Counted from the stretch's first letter, positions 1-7,915 are shown. The stretch is 21,536 bases of DNA from an uncultured Gemmatimonadales bacterium (GCA_963783305.1 CAWAMW010000003.1:1-21536), one strand, 5' to 3'. Notes: generated by a model from the sequence alone, not told the origin. Numbers and translations are program-made.

Positions 1-654
1 CCGACGGCCGCGGCCACCGACGACCAGCGGCTGCGCCGCGCCCTCAATGTGGCCGTGGCGCTGGTCGGTCTCCTCCTGGCGCTGCCGCTCATGCTCGTCA
101 TCGCCCTGGCCATCAAGCTCACCTCGCCGGGGGCCGTCCTGTTCATGCAGGAGCGCGTGGGGATCGACCGCCGCAACCCGTACCTGCCGTCCGGGAACTG
201 GCGCCGCACCGTCGACCACGGCGGGCAGCTGTTCAAGGTGTACAAGTTCCGCACAATGGTCGCCGGCGCCGGCCGCCGCGAGGTCTGGGCTACGCCCGAC
301 GATCCGCGGATCACGCGGGTGGGCGCGTTCCTGCGGAAGTACCGGCTGGACGAGATCCCCCAGCTCTGGAACGTGGTCCGGGGCGAGATGAACATTGTGG
401 GCCCGCGCCCCGAGCAGCCGACGATCTTCAAGGAGATCCGCGCACAGCTCGGCGAGTACCACCGCCGTCAGCGCGCGCTCCCCGGGATCACCGGGTGGGC
501 GCAGGTGAACCACCATTACGATCGTACGATCGAGGACGTGCGGACGAAGCTGCGCTACGACCTGGAGTACCTCCAGCGGCAGAGCGTGCTGGAGGATCTG
601 CGGATCATGCTGCGCACGGTCCCCGCGGTCCTCACCAAGAAGGGCGCCTGGTAG
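1..654 (+). CDS. Bacterial sugar transferase (priming phosphoglycosyl transferase, WcaJ/WbaP C-terminal-domain type), 5' end cut by window
   Basis: Frame open from base 1 (PTAAATDDQRLRRALNVAV...). One hydrophobic helix, then motifs [53 protein letters not shown]. Confidence 0.95.
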   Translation, partial: PTAAATDDQRLRRALNVAVALVGLLLALPLMLVIALAIKLTSPGAVLFMQERVGIDRRNPYLPSGNWRRTVDHGGQLFKVYKFRTMVAGAGRREVWATPDDPRITRVGAFLRKYRLDEIPQLWNVVRGEMNIVGPRPEQPTIFKEIRAQLGEYHRRQRALPGITGWAQVNHHYDRTIEDVRTKLRYDLEYLQRQSVLEDLRIMLRTVPAVLTKKGAW

Positions 655-711
655 CGCGCAAATCCGCGCGCATGGGCCGGGCGTCCCCCCCCATGCTGGA
701 GAGAGAGCAAG

Positions 712-1504
712 ATGAAGATGCACTTTAGCTGGACCCCCTTCGCCGCGGCCTCCCTCGTGCTGCTCCTGGGAGCGGCGACGGGCGAGGCGCAGACCACGTA
801 CTTCGGTGAAGACCTGGACGGCTCACAGCTCGTGGCGTCCAGCTTCACCAACTCGTTGGCCGCGGAGGCATCGTTCCTCTCCTCCTTGATCGGCGTGGGT
901 ACCGAGACGTTCGACGGCTTCGCTCTCAACACGACGAATCCGTCCCTGTCCTTCCCCGGCGCCGGCACGGCCCAGCTCACCGGCACGGGCTGTGTCTCCA
1001 ACATCACGCAGAGCGCGTGCAGCAATCCTGTTGATGCCTCCACGCCCGGTGGCACCAACGGCTTCGGCCGCTACCCCGTGTCATCGCCCAACTACTTCGA
1101 GGTCAACGCGGGCGATTTCGTCATCGACTTCAGCGCACCGGTCGCGGCGTTCGGGTTCTTCGGCGTCGACATCGGCGAGTTCGGCGGCACGCTCGGAGTG
1201 AACTTCTTCAACGGCGCCACGCCGGTCGCCGCCCCGACCCTCGCGTACACCCCGTCCGACGGCAACGCGTTTTTCTTCGGCTTCATCGACGCGGCCAACC
1301 CGTTCACGCGGGTCACCTTCAACATCGGCGGGTCGTCGGGGGACGTGTTCGCCTTCGACAACATGACGATCGGCAGCGTGGAGCAGGTGGTCCCGCAGGT
1401 GCCCGAGCCGGCCTCGGCGCTGCTGATGCTCAGCGGGACTGGTGGGCATCGGCATCGTGGTGGTCCGGCGTCGGAAGCTCGACAGCGGCTTACAGCCCGC
1501 CTGA
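712..1504 (+). CDS. PEP-CTERM sorting-domain surface protein, frameshifted in the TM anchor (one extra G at 1435-1437)
   Basis: GGAGAG upstream and a signal peptide (MKMHFSW...GEA/Q). VPEP at 1399-1410. Removing one G gives VPEPASALLMLSGLVGIGIVVVRRRKLDSGLQPA* (TGA 1502-1504), a canonical PEP-TM-basic tail. The uncorrected ORF runs to 1656 with a non-hydrophobic tail. Confidence 0.88.
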
Positions 1505-1513
1505 CCGACGGCG

Positions 1514-1584
1514 GCGGGTCCGTGGCAGGGCCCGCACGCGAAGCACGGGCACGGCGTCGAGACTGGTGTTCGGCGCCGTGCCCG
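1514..1584 (+). terminator. Two consecutive stem-loops after the corrected PEP-CTERM stop (possible terminator or mRNA-stabilising hairpins)
   Basis: GCGGGTCC(1514-1521)/GGGCCCGC(1528-1535), and a 15-bp stem CGGGCACGGCGTCGA(1546-1560)/TCGGCGCCGTGCCCG(1570-1584) with one G-U pair. Only a weak U-tail (cctatt). Confidence 0.45.
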
Positions 1585-1652
1585 CCTATTCTGAGACTGG
1601 CGTTTCATACCGAAGCAGCAGAACCATCGCACCGATCCCGGAGACTGCACCC

Positions 1653-2174
1653 TTGAATACGAAGCTGCGTCCCCTCGCCTGGGCGGCCTATTCGGTCGCG
1701 TTCATCCTCATCGTGGTCCCGCTGACGGAGGTGCTGCTGGGCATCTGGCCCCTGCGGATCGGCCAGGTGAACTGGCGGTTCGGCGCCGCCGGGCTGGTGA
1801 GTCAGAGCGTGATCACGCCGCTGCTGGGGATGCTGCTGGCCGTGACCACCGCGGCGCTGGTGGAGCACCGGGTCACCGCCCGGGTCCTCGCGGGGTTCGC
1901 GCTGCTGGGCGGCGTACTGGGCGCCCTGGCGCTGGCCATGTTCAGCCTGGACGCGCTCGAGGCCCGCTCGGCGGTCCGGACGGAGTCGCTGCAGGCGTTC
2001 GACAAGGCCGCCGTAGTGGCTGCCGTGAAGTTCGTCCTCGGGTCCATCTCGGCGGTGCTCCTGGGCGTGGGCGGCTGGAAGGCCAGCCGGCGGCACGGCG
2101 GGGAGGCCGCGGCGCGGGAGCGGAAGTCCGCGAGCGACGATTCCCCGGTCCTGGTCGGCGCCCGGGAGTCCTAG
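1653..2174 (+). CDS. Four-TM membrane protein, HpsJ-like (tentative)
   Basis: TTG start at 1653 with GGAGA at about 1640-1644. Four hydrophobic segments. Pattern P-x7-WRF-x3-G...PLLG-x-LL between TM1 and TM2. Charged C-tail. The CDS is well supported; the family call is tentative. Confidence 0.75.
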   Translation: MNTKLRPLAWAAYSVAFILIVVPLTEVLLGIWPLRIGQVNWRFGAAGLVSQSVITPLLGMLLAVTTAALVEHRVTARVLAGFALLGGVLGALALAMFSLDALEARSAVRTESLQAFDKAAVVAAVKFVLGSISAVLLGVGGWKASRRHGGEAAARERKSASDDSPVLVGARES

Positions 2175-2213
2175 CGGGCTGCTGGAGAAGTCGAGGGGAG
2201 GCGGGCGGGGGGT

Positions 2214-2419
2214 CGATCGCCGCGCAGCGCGCGGCGATCGCGCAAAGCGCGGCGTCGAAGGGACGGCCAGAGTCCGGGATGTCGGCGTTCCCCCGGGTGC
2301 CCGCGTACGCAGGCGTAAAACGGAGCGCAGCGGAGATCGACCAGCGAGGCCGGAGGCCGACGCGATCGACAGCGAGCGCAGCGACGCGCTCGACAGGGAG
2401 CGCAGCGACCGATCGCTCC
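2214..2419. repeat. Cluster of short palindromes and tandem GC-GCA-GC hairpin units between convergent genes
   Basis: Perfect 12-bp stem 2214-2225/2229-2240. TCGACAG(C/G)GAGCGCAGCGAC at 2366-2385 and 2390-2409 (19/20 identical, period 24). GAGCGCAGCG also at 2323. Variant GAGGCCGGAGGCCG at 2346. Confidence 0.7.
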
Positions 2420-2459
2420 CCGCCCAAAACCTCTTTCAGCGGCCTGTCGGACCTGGCCC

Positions 2460-3269
2460 CTACCGGAAGATCCGGATGAAGGTGTAGGTCACCGCCGGAA
2501 TCGTGACGAGCAGCGTGCGGACGAGGCCGCTGTCCAGGAACCCACCCTTCCTCTCCGGCACGATGATGCGGTCCCCGGCGCGCAGGCTGAGCTGGTCCAG
2601 GGTGCGGCCGACGATGATCGCTTCGTGCAGCGCGGCGCCGCTCCAGATCACCTGGTCCCCGCGAACGATCTCGGCCTCGTTCAGCTCCGCGTTGGCGGCA
2701 GGGCCGCCCGCCCGCATCAGCGCCTCCTCCACGAGCGCCGAGGCCGGCATGGTGAAGAAGCCCTGGCTCCCGACGCTGCCGAGGACCGCGATCCGGATCA
2801 GGCTGCTGGCGTGCACCACCGGCTCCTGGAGGTACCGCCCCAGCTCCGCCCTCAGGTGTTTCTCCAGCTCGCTTCGGAGCACACCATCCAGGGGGATGCT
2901 GCCGATGTTCGGCAGCTGGAGCTCACGGCCCGGCCCCACGGCCAGGGTATCGCTGAGCGTTGGCTCGCCCTCCACCCGCAGCACGATGCGGTCGCCGATC
3001 TGGAAGTCGCCCTCCTGGAGCCGCGCCCGCACGACGCCCGCCTCCGCCGCCGCCCGCTGCCTCAGCGAACGGCTGTAGCCGGACGACGACGCGGCCTCCT
3101 CCAGCCGCCCGAGGAGCTGCTGCAGCTCGGCGCGGCCCAGCTCCGTCCCCTGCGGGTCCCATTCCAGCGACGTCTGCGCCGCCGCGCCCGCGGGGAGCGC
3201 CAGTGCGGCCATGGCCAGTACGAAGGCCCCGAGGGTCGTGCGCATGCCATGCATCATCATTCGCCTCAT
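2460..3269 (-). CDS. Polysaccharide export protein, Wza/OPX-like (Poly_export + SLBB domains)
   Basis: GDRIVLRVEGE...LPNIGSIPLDG...L.RYLQEP (Poly_export) and IAVLGSV...EALMRAGG...LRAGDRIIVP (SLBB). Ala-rich signal peptide and hydrophobic/amphipathic C-terminal helix. ATGA overlap with the upstream wzc-like stop. Confidence 0.88.
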   Translation of the reverse strand: MRRMMMHGMRTTLGAFVLAMAALALPAGAAAQTSLEWDPQGTELGRAELQQLLGRLEEAASSSGYSRSLRQRAAAEAGVVRARLQEGDFQIGDRIVLRVEGEPTLSDTLAVGPGRELQLPNIGSIPLDGVLRSELEKHLRAELGRYLQEPVVHASSLIRIAVLGSVGSQGFFTMPASALVEEALMRAGGPAANAELNEAEIVRGDQVIWSGAALHEAIIVGRTLDQLSLRAGDRIIVPERKGGFLDSGLVRTLLVTIPAVTYTFIRIFR

Positions 3270-5698
3270 CCCTGCGCCTCCCCGCCCACCTGGAGCGGCT
3301 GGCGCATCGTTTCTGTCTGCTCTTCATCGCTGGCCGCGTAGCCGGGGATGTACGAGTACGCGTAGTGCCCGTACCCGTACTGTCGGCCCTGCGGGAGCCC
3401 GTTCATCACCGCGCCAAGGATCCGGATCGGCAGCCGCTCCACCAGCTCGAGCTTGCTCTCCGCCAGCTCGCGGTTGGTGGTGCCGCTGCGCAGGACCAGC
3501 AGGAGGTTGCTGGTGAGCGTGCCGAGGGCGAACGGGTCCACGCCGGCGCCCAGCGGAGGGCTGTCGATGATGACCACGTCGTAGGCGCCCTTCAGGCGCG
3601 CCAGCAGCTCGCGCATCTCCACCGACCCCAGCAGCTCGGGGCCGTGACGGACCCGGGTCCCCGACGGGATCATGTCGAGCCCCTTGAACCGCGTCGTCCG
3701 GACCGCGGTCTCGAAGCTCACGTGTCCGCCGAGGAGGTCGGTGAGGCCCGGCTTCCGATCGGAGTCCAGCAGGCGGTGCAGCGCGCCCCGGCGAGTGTCC
3801 CCGTCCACCAGGCAGGTCCGGTGTCCCTGGTCGGCGAACGAGAGCGCCAGGTTCGACGCGACGAACGATTTCCCATCGCCGGGGCCGGGACTGGTGATGG
3901 TGATGGTCAGCGGGCCCGCGGCCCCGAACGCGTGGGTGACGTTCAGCCGGATGGACCGGAACGCCTCCAGCACCTGCGTCAGGTGGTCCTTCTGGGTCCG
4001 GCCCTTCCGGAGGGTGGGCACCGCTCCCAGGATGCTCAGCCCGAGGCCGCGGGTGATCTCGCTGGGATACCGGATCCGGGCATCCAGCCGGTCCCGGAGG
4101 ATGGCGCCGCCGAGCCCCAGCCCCAGCCCCGCCATCATGCCCATGAGGAGGACCATGTACTTCTGGTCGCTCACCGGCTGCTGGGGGACGGCCGCTTCAT
4201 CGAGGATCCGGATGTCGGGGATGCTGCTCGCCGCCGCCAGCCGGGCCTCCTGGAAGCGCTGCTCCAGGCGGGTGTAGAGACTGCCCTGGATGACGACCTG
4301 CCGCTCCAGGCGTGCCTCCTCGATGGCCCGCGTAGGGATCTCCCGCAGCTCACCGGACGCCGACGCAATGCTCCCCTCCAGCTGGCTCTCGCGGATCCGG
4401 AGCTCGGCCAGCAGCGTGTTCACCATGGCCGGGATCGTCTCCCGCTCCAGCCGCGCCACATCGGCCGCCGCCGTGGCCACCGCCCGGTGCTCGCCCGTGT
4501 AGCGGGAGCGGAGGGCGCGCAGCTGCGCCCGCATGCCCGTGAGCTGCGTCAGCGCCTGCTGCAGGTCCGGCGCCTGCTGCACCGCGCCCACGGAGCTCAG
4601 CGCTTCCACCGACACCCCCTGCTCGGAGCCGATGGCCCGCTCCAGCGCGTCCTGGTCCCGGCGGATCTGCTCCAGCTCCACCTGCATGTTGAAGAAGTTG
4701 TCGAACGCCGGGTCCCGGGTCATGGCGAGGCCCGGGGTGACGGGCGTCGATCGTTCCGATGGCAGCGTCACCGTGGCCACCTTGAACTCCTCCAGCGCGA
4801 TCTCCGCCGACTTCAGCCCCCGCTCCGCCGCCACCAGCTGCTCCTCCAGGATCGACACCAGCGTGTCCAGCTTCTCCCGCTTCAGCTCCGCCGCCACCTC
4901 CACGTGCCGCTCCGCCAGCGAGTTGAGGATCGACGCCGTCTTCTCCGGGTCCTCCCCGTTCAGCTCCACCCGGAGGAACCCGCCCGTCTTGTCGATCTGG
5001 GTCCGCAGCCCGCGACCCAGCTTGAGTGCCTCGTCCCGGGGCAATGCCACCCGGAACCCCACCGCGCGGTCGGCCGGGAACCGGCTCAGCTCCGGCTGCC
5101 ACGCCAGCCCCAGCGTCGACGCGCCCACGGAGTCGCCGAACGACCCGCGCTCCACCAGGATCCCGTCGCTGGTCTCCAGCGTGTACTGCCGCGCCTGGGG
5201 CTGCACCCGGATCCGGTAGCTGCCCGGGGCGAAGCGCTGCTGCAGCCCCAGGTCCGAGAGGAGCCCCTCGTCCTCCTTCCGCTCCGGGTGAAGGTAGAGC
5301 TGCTCCGTGATCACCACCGGGTCCAGCACCATGAACGACCGCAGCAGGTCGATCCAGGCGGTGGACGACAGCAGCTGCGAGGACTGGATGGGCCCCACGT
5401 CCACGGCGCCGCGCGCGCCGCTCGACTGCTCGATCCAGATGGTGGTCTGCGCCACGTACTCCAGCGGCACCCGCTGCGAGGCGAAGTAGCCGCCCACCGT
5501 CCCCACCACCAGGAGCGCCAGCACCCACCACTTCTGCCGCAGCACCGCCCCGATGTAGCGCCGCACGTCCACGCTCCCGCCCTCCTCCTCGTCGTCGTGC
5601 ACGGGGGGGAGCTGCTGCGTGGCCGGAGCGGGGAGCTGCCCATCCGGGTCGTGGGGCGCCAGCTCGAAGAGCGGGTGCCTGATTCGATCGTCCGTCAT
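3266..5698 (-). CDS. wzc: Polysaccharide co-polymerase / BY-kinase (Wzc-like)
   Basis: Two TM helices flanking a coiled-coil periplasmic region. Walker A SPGPGDGKS, A' LVDGDTRR, B VVIIDSPP, and Tyr cluster YGYGHYAYSYIPGY. Start placed at ATG 5698 because the ORF-track start at 5761 lies upstream of the predicted sigma-54 transcription start. Confidence 0.93.
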   Translation of the reverse strand: MTDDRIRHPLFELAPHDPDGQLPAPATQQLPPVHDDEEEGGSVDVRRYIGAVLRQKWWVLALLVVGTVGGYFASQRVPLEYVAQTTIWIEQSSGARGAVDVGPIQSSQLLSSTAWIDLLRSFMVLDPVVITEQLYLHPERKEDEGLLSDLGLQQRFAPGSYRIRVQPQARQYTLETSDGILVERGSFGDSVGASTLGLAWQPELSRFPADRAVGFRVALPRDEALKLGRGLRTQIDKTGGFLRVELNGEDPEKTASILNSLAERHVEVAAELKREKLDTLVSILEEQLVAAERGLKSAEIALEEFKVATVTLPSERSTPVTPGLAMTRDPAFDNFFNMQVELEQIRRDQDALERAIGSEQGVSVEALSSVGAVQQAPDLQQALTQLTGMRAQLRALRSRYTGEHRAVATAAADVARLERETIPAMVNTLLAELRIRESQLEGSIASASGELREIPTRAIEEARLERQVVIQGSLYTRLEQRFQEARLAAASSIPDIRILDEAAVPQQPVSDQKYMVLLMGMMAGLGLGLGGAILRDRLDARIRYPSEITRGLGLSILGAVPTLRKGRTQKDHLTQVLEAFRSIRLNVTHAFGAAGPLTITITSPGPGDGKSFVASNLALSFADQGHRTCLVDGDTRRGALHRLLDSDRKPGLTDLLGGHVSFETAVRTTRFKGLDMIPSGTRVRHGPELLGSVEMRELLARLKGAYDVVIIDSPPLGAGVDPFALGTLTSNLLLVLRSGTTNRELAESKLELVERLPIRILGAVMNGLPQGRQYGYGHYAYSYIPGYAASDEEQTETMRQPLQVGGEAQG

Positions 5699-5765
5699 GC
5701 TGCCCTGGTCAGGAGGTGCAGGAAATCCGGTTCGGCGCGGGTCCGCGCCGTCCGCCCCCATACGC

Positions 5766-5780
5766 GCAAGCGTGGTGCCT
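5766..5780 (-). promoter_or_regulatory. Sigma-54 (-24/-12) promoter for the wzc-wza operon
   Basis: Minus strand AGGCACC-ACGC-TTGC, an exact GG-N10-GC spacing close to consensus TGGCACG-N4-TTGC, about 70 bp upstream of the wzc ATG. Confidence 0.7.
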
Positions 5781-5937
5781 CATCCAGCGTCCGCTCCGGC
5801 CGGGGAGTCGACGCGAGCTCGCGCCGGGGGCCGGAACTCCCAAGAATAGCCCGCTTCCCCGGAGGATACCACCCCTGTCTCGCTGCGGTTCCTGTCTCCG
5901 CTTCCCGCTGCAGCGCCCCCACACCCGCCCCGGTTGT

Positions 5938-5976
5938 TGTGGCACGGAAGCCACACCTCGTCGCCGCACCGCCACA
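5938..5976. promoter_or_regulatory. Tandem palindromic operator / enhancer-binding-protein sites
   Basis: TGTGGC-N6-GCCACA (5938-5955, perfect) and CGTCGC-N6-GCCACA (5959-5976), offset by 21 bp, about 160-195 bp upstream of the sigma-54 site in a divergent intergenic region. Confidence 0.5.
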
Positions 5977-6153
5977 TTTCGGGCCGCCCGGGCACGGCTG
6001 AGACCTGCCGCCATTTGGCCGGAATCCACTGTGCCGCAACGGATTGGCTGGATCATGGTCCGCTCCGTTCCTTTGCGAACACGGCTTGCGATAGGAGTGA
6101 GTCGGCGGCTCGACCGGGTCGCGCTACGGAAAACACGATTGAGCCTTGGGTTT

Positions 6154-6924
6154 ATGCCAGCATTGACAGCGATTCCACGAACCGAGCAGCGGGCCGAGCG
6201 GCGTCTCAGGCTGCTGCCGTACATGTTGCCCGAGGGAGGCGCGGCGGACGAGCCGGCCTCCTGGCCTGGCGTCGACCTGTCCTTCCTGAACGGCGAGGCC
6301 GCCCGGCGCGGACTGAACGTGGCCGTTGCATTCCTGGCGCTGCTCGCCCTCGCCCCCCTCATGCTGCTGATCGCGGTCGCGATCCGTCTGACCTCGCACG
6401 GGAGCGTCATTTACAGGCAGACCCGGATCGGTGTCGACCTCCGGAACCCCGACCTCCCGTCCGGCAACTGGCGCCGCGGTCGGGACCTGGGGGGCAAGCC
6501 GTTCACGATGTACAAGTTCCGCACGATGTACGAGGCCGACGACCCGCGTCAGGTGTGGGCCACTCCGGACGACCCGCGGGTGACCGCGGTGGGTCGGTTC
6601 CTCCGGAAGTACCGGCTGGACGAGCTGCCGCAGCTGATCAACGTGCTGCGCGGCGAGATGAACATCGTGGGTCCGCGCCCGGAGCAGCCGGAGCTGTTCG
6701 CCGACCTGCGGATGCGGGTGGCGGGCTACCACCAGCGGCAGCGGGTGCTGCCGGGGATCACTGGGTGGTCGCAGGTCAACCAGTCGTACGACACCTGTAT
6801 CGAGGATGTGCGCAACAAGGTCCGCTACGACCTGGAGTACATCCGCAACGCATCCGCCCTCCACGATCTCAGGATCATGGGGCGGACCATGCCGGTGCTG
6901 ATCGGCAAGAAGGGAGCCTGGTGA
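6154..6924 (+). CDS. Second bacterial sugar transferase (priming phosphoglycosyl transferase), paralog of 1..654
   Basis: [48 protein letters not shown]; ends KKGAW like the first copy. Start uncertain (ATG 6154 chosen; 6055 or 6223 possible). Confidence 0.92.
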   Translation: MPALTAIPRTEQRAERRLRLLPYMLPEGGAADEPASWPGVDLSFLNGEAARRGLNVAVAFLALLALAPLMLLIAVAIRLTSHGSVIYRQTRIGVDLRNPDLPSGNWRRGRDLGGKPFTMYKFRTMYEADDPRQVWATPDDPRVTAVGRFLRKYRLDELPQLINVLRGEMNIVGPRPEQPELFADLRMRVAGYHQRQRVLPGITGWSQVNQSYDTCIEDVRNKVRYDLEYIRNASALHDLRIMGRTMPVLIGKKGAW

Positions 6925-7022
6925 TGACTCGCCGGGTCGCAGGGCAGTATTCCGCCGCCTTCGGACGCTCGAGAAGGCGGGGACGCTCGACCAGGATCGC
7001 CGTTGGGAGTGTTTACGGGGCG

Positions 7023-7045
7023 TGGCAAGTGGCGCGCACCTATGC
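7023..7045 (+). promoter_or_regulatory. Weak candidate sigma-54 promoter for the second PEP-CTERM gene
   Basis: TGGCAAG-TGGC-GCGCA (GG 7024-7025, GC 7036-7037) has correct spacing but a poor -12 box. The overlapping TGGCGCG-CACC-TATGC has better boxes but is one base too long. Confidence 0.3.
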
Positions 7046-7156
7046 GACGATACCCGGGGCAGGTTCCTGATGGCTGTCAGGGTGACACCAGGAAGAGCCG
7101 CCGCCCGCAAGGGTCGGACGAGCACAGCATCATCAACTCTCGAGAGGAGCAGTACC

Positions 7157-7882
7157 ATGAGAAGCAGATTCATCAAGACAGCGTTAGCCGCTGCGGTGCT
7201 GGCCACGATGGCCGCACCCGCGGGGCTGCAGGCGGAGGAGCCGTTCCCGCTGGGTGGGTACACCCTGCTGGGGAGCGGGAACCTCTACGCCACGGGTCCT
7301 GACGTCTTCATCCAGTTCCTGGGCTTCGCGGCCCAGTACAAGGATGTGGTCGCGTTCCGCTACGACATGACGTATGGCGGCACCAGCTACTACAACATCT
7401 TCGACAACAAGACGGCGATAGCGGGGACGGTCTGGCGGATCAACGACTTCGTCGAGGCCGACCAGGAGGTCGATTTCTGGTTCGCCGAGGGTGACAACGT
7501 CATCTTCTCGCTGTACGTCAGCCCGACCGGAAGCGGCTCGGAGCTGAGCCCGGGCGACTTCGGGCAGACGTACTACACGAACAACGGCATGAATCCGGAC
7601 GGTGACATCCACTCGCTCACGGCCGAGTATGAGGGCACGGGTGAATACACGCCCCTCGCCGGCTCGCGGACGGGTGTGGCTGGAACCATCGCGTTCGACC
7701 GTCAGGTCGGGTTCGAGGACCGGCTGACAGCAACCGAAGACTGGAACGACGTGATCTTCGCGACGTCCGGCATCAACGCCCAGGTGCCGGAGCCCATGTC
7801 CATGCTGCTGATGGCCACGGGTCTGTTCGGGATCTGTGGCGTTGCATACCGCCGCAGGGAGAACGACGAGAACGAGGCGTAG
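7157..7882 (+). CDS. PEP-CTERM sorting-domain surface protein with DUF4114-like GFED...DWND motif
   Basis: GAGGAG RBS at 7144-7149 and signal peptide MRSRFIKTALAAAVLATMAAPAGLQA. Motif VGFEDRLTATEDWNDVIF. C-terminus QVPEPMSMLLMATGLFGICGVAYRRRENDENEA. Confidence 0.93.
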   Translation: MRSRFIKTALAAAVLATMAAPAGLQAEEPFPLGGYTLLGSGNLYATGPDVFIQFLGFAAQYKDVVAFRYDMTYGGTSYYNIFDNKTAIAGTVWRINDFVEADQEVDFWFAEGDNVIFSLYVSPTGSGSELSPGDFGQTYYTNNGMNPDGDIHSLTAEYEGTGEYTPLAGSRTGVAGTIAFDRQVGFEDRLTATEDWNDVIFATSGINAQVPEPMSMLLMATGLFGICGVAYRRRENDENEA

Positions 7883-7915
7883 TCGGTCTCGCGCGTCTGG
7901 ATCCTAGACGGTCCG

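Noticed and set aside
1505..1656. C-terminal extension of the 314-aa ORF 712..1656
   Set aside because: Artefact of the frameshift at 1435-1437; the region contains hairpins and the next gene's RBS.
2291..2322. GTGCCCGCGTACGCAGGCGTAAAACGG resembles a type I-E CRISPR repeat
   Set aside because: Single degenerate copy, no regularly spaced repeats with unique spacers, and no cas genes; treated as part of the palindrome cluster.
4111..4130. (AGCCCC)n short tandem repeat
   Set aside because: Encodes the GLGLGLG of the second Wzc TM helix; a protein-level feature, not a contingency repeat.
2960..6001. 1013-aa plus-strand ORF
   Set aside because: Antisense shadow of wzc/wza in very high-GC DNA; Arg/Pro/Ala-rich with no recognisable motifs.
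5716..6153. Long N-terminal extension of the second sugar transferase (402-aa ORF)
   Set aside because: Overlaps the divergent promoter region, is low-complexity Arg/Pro-rich, and shows no transferase features.
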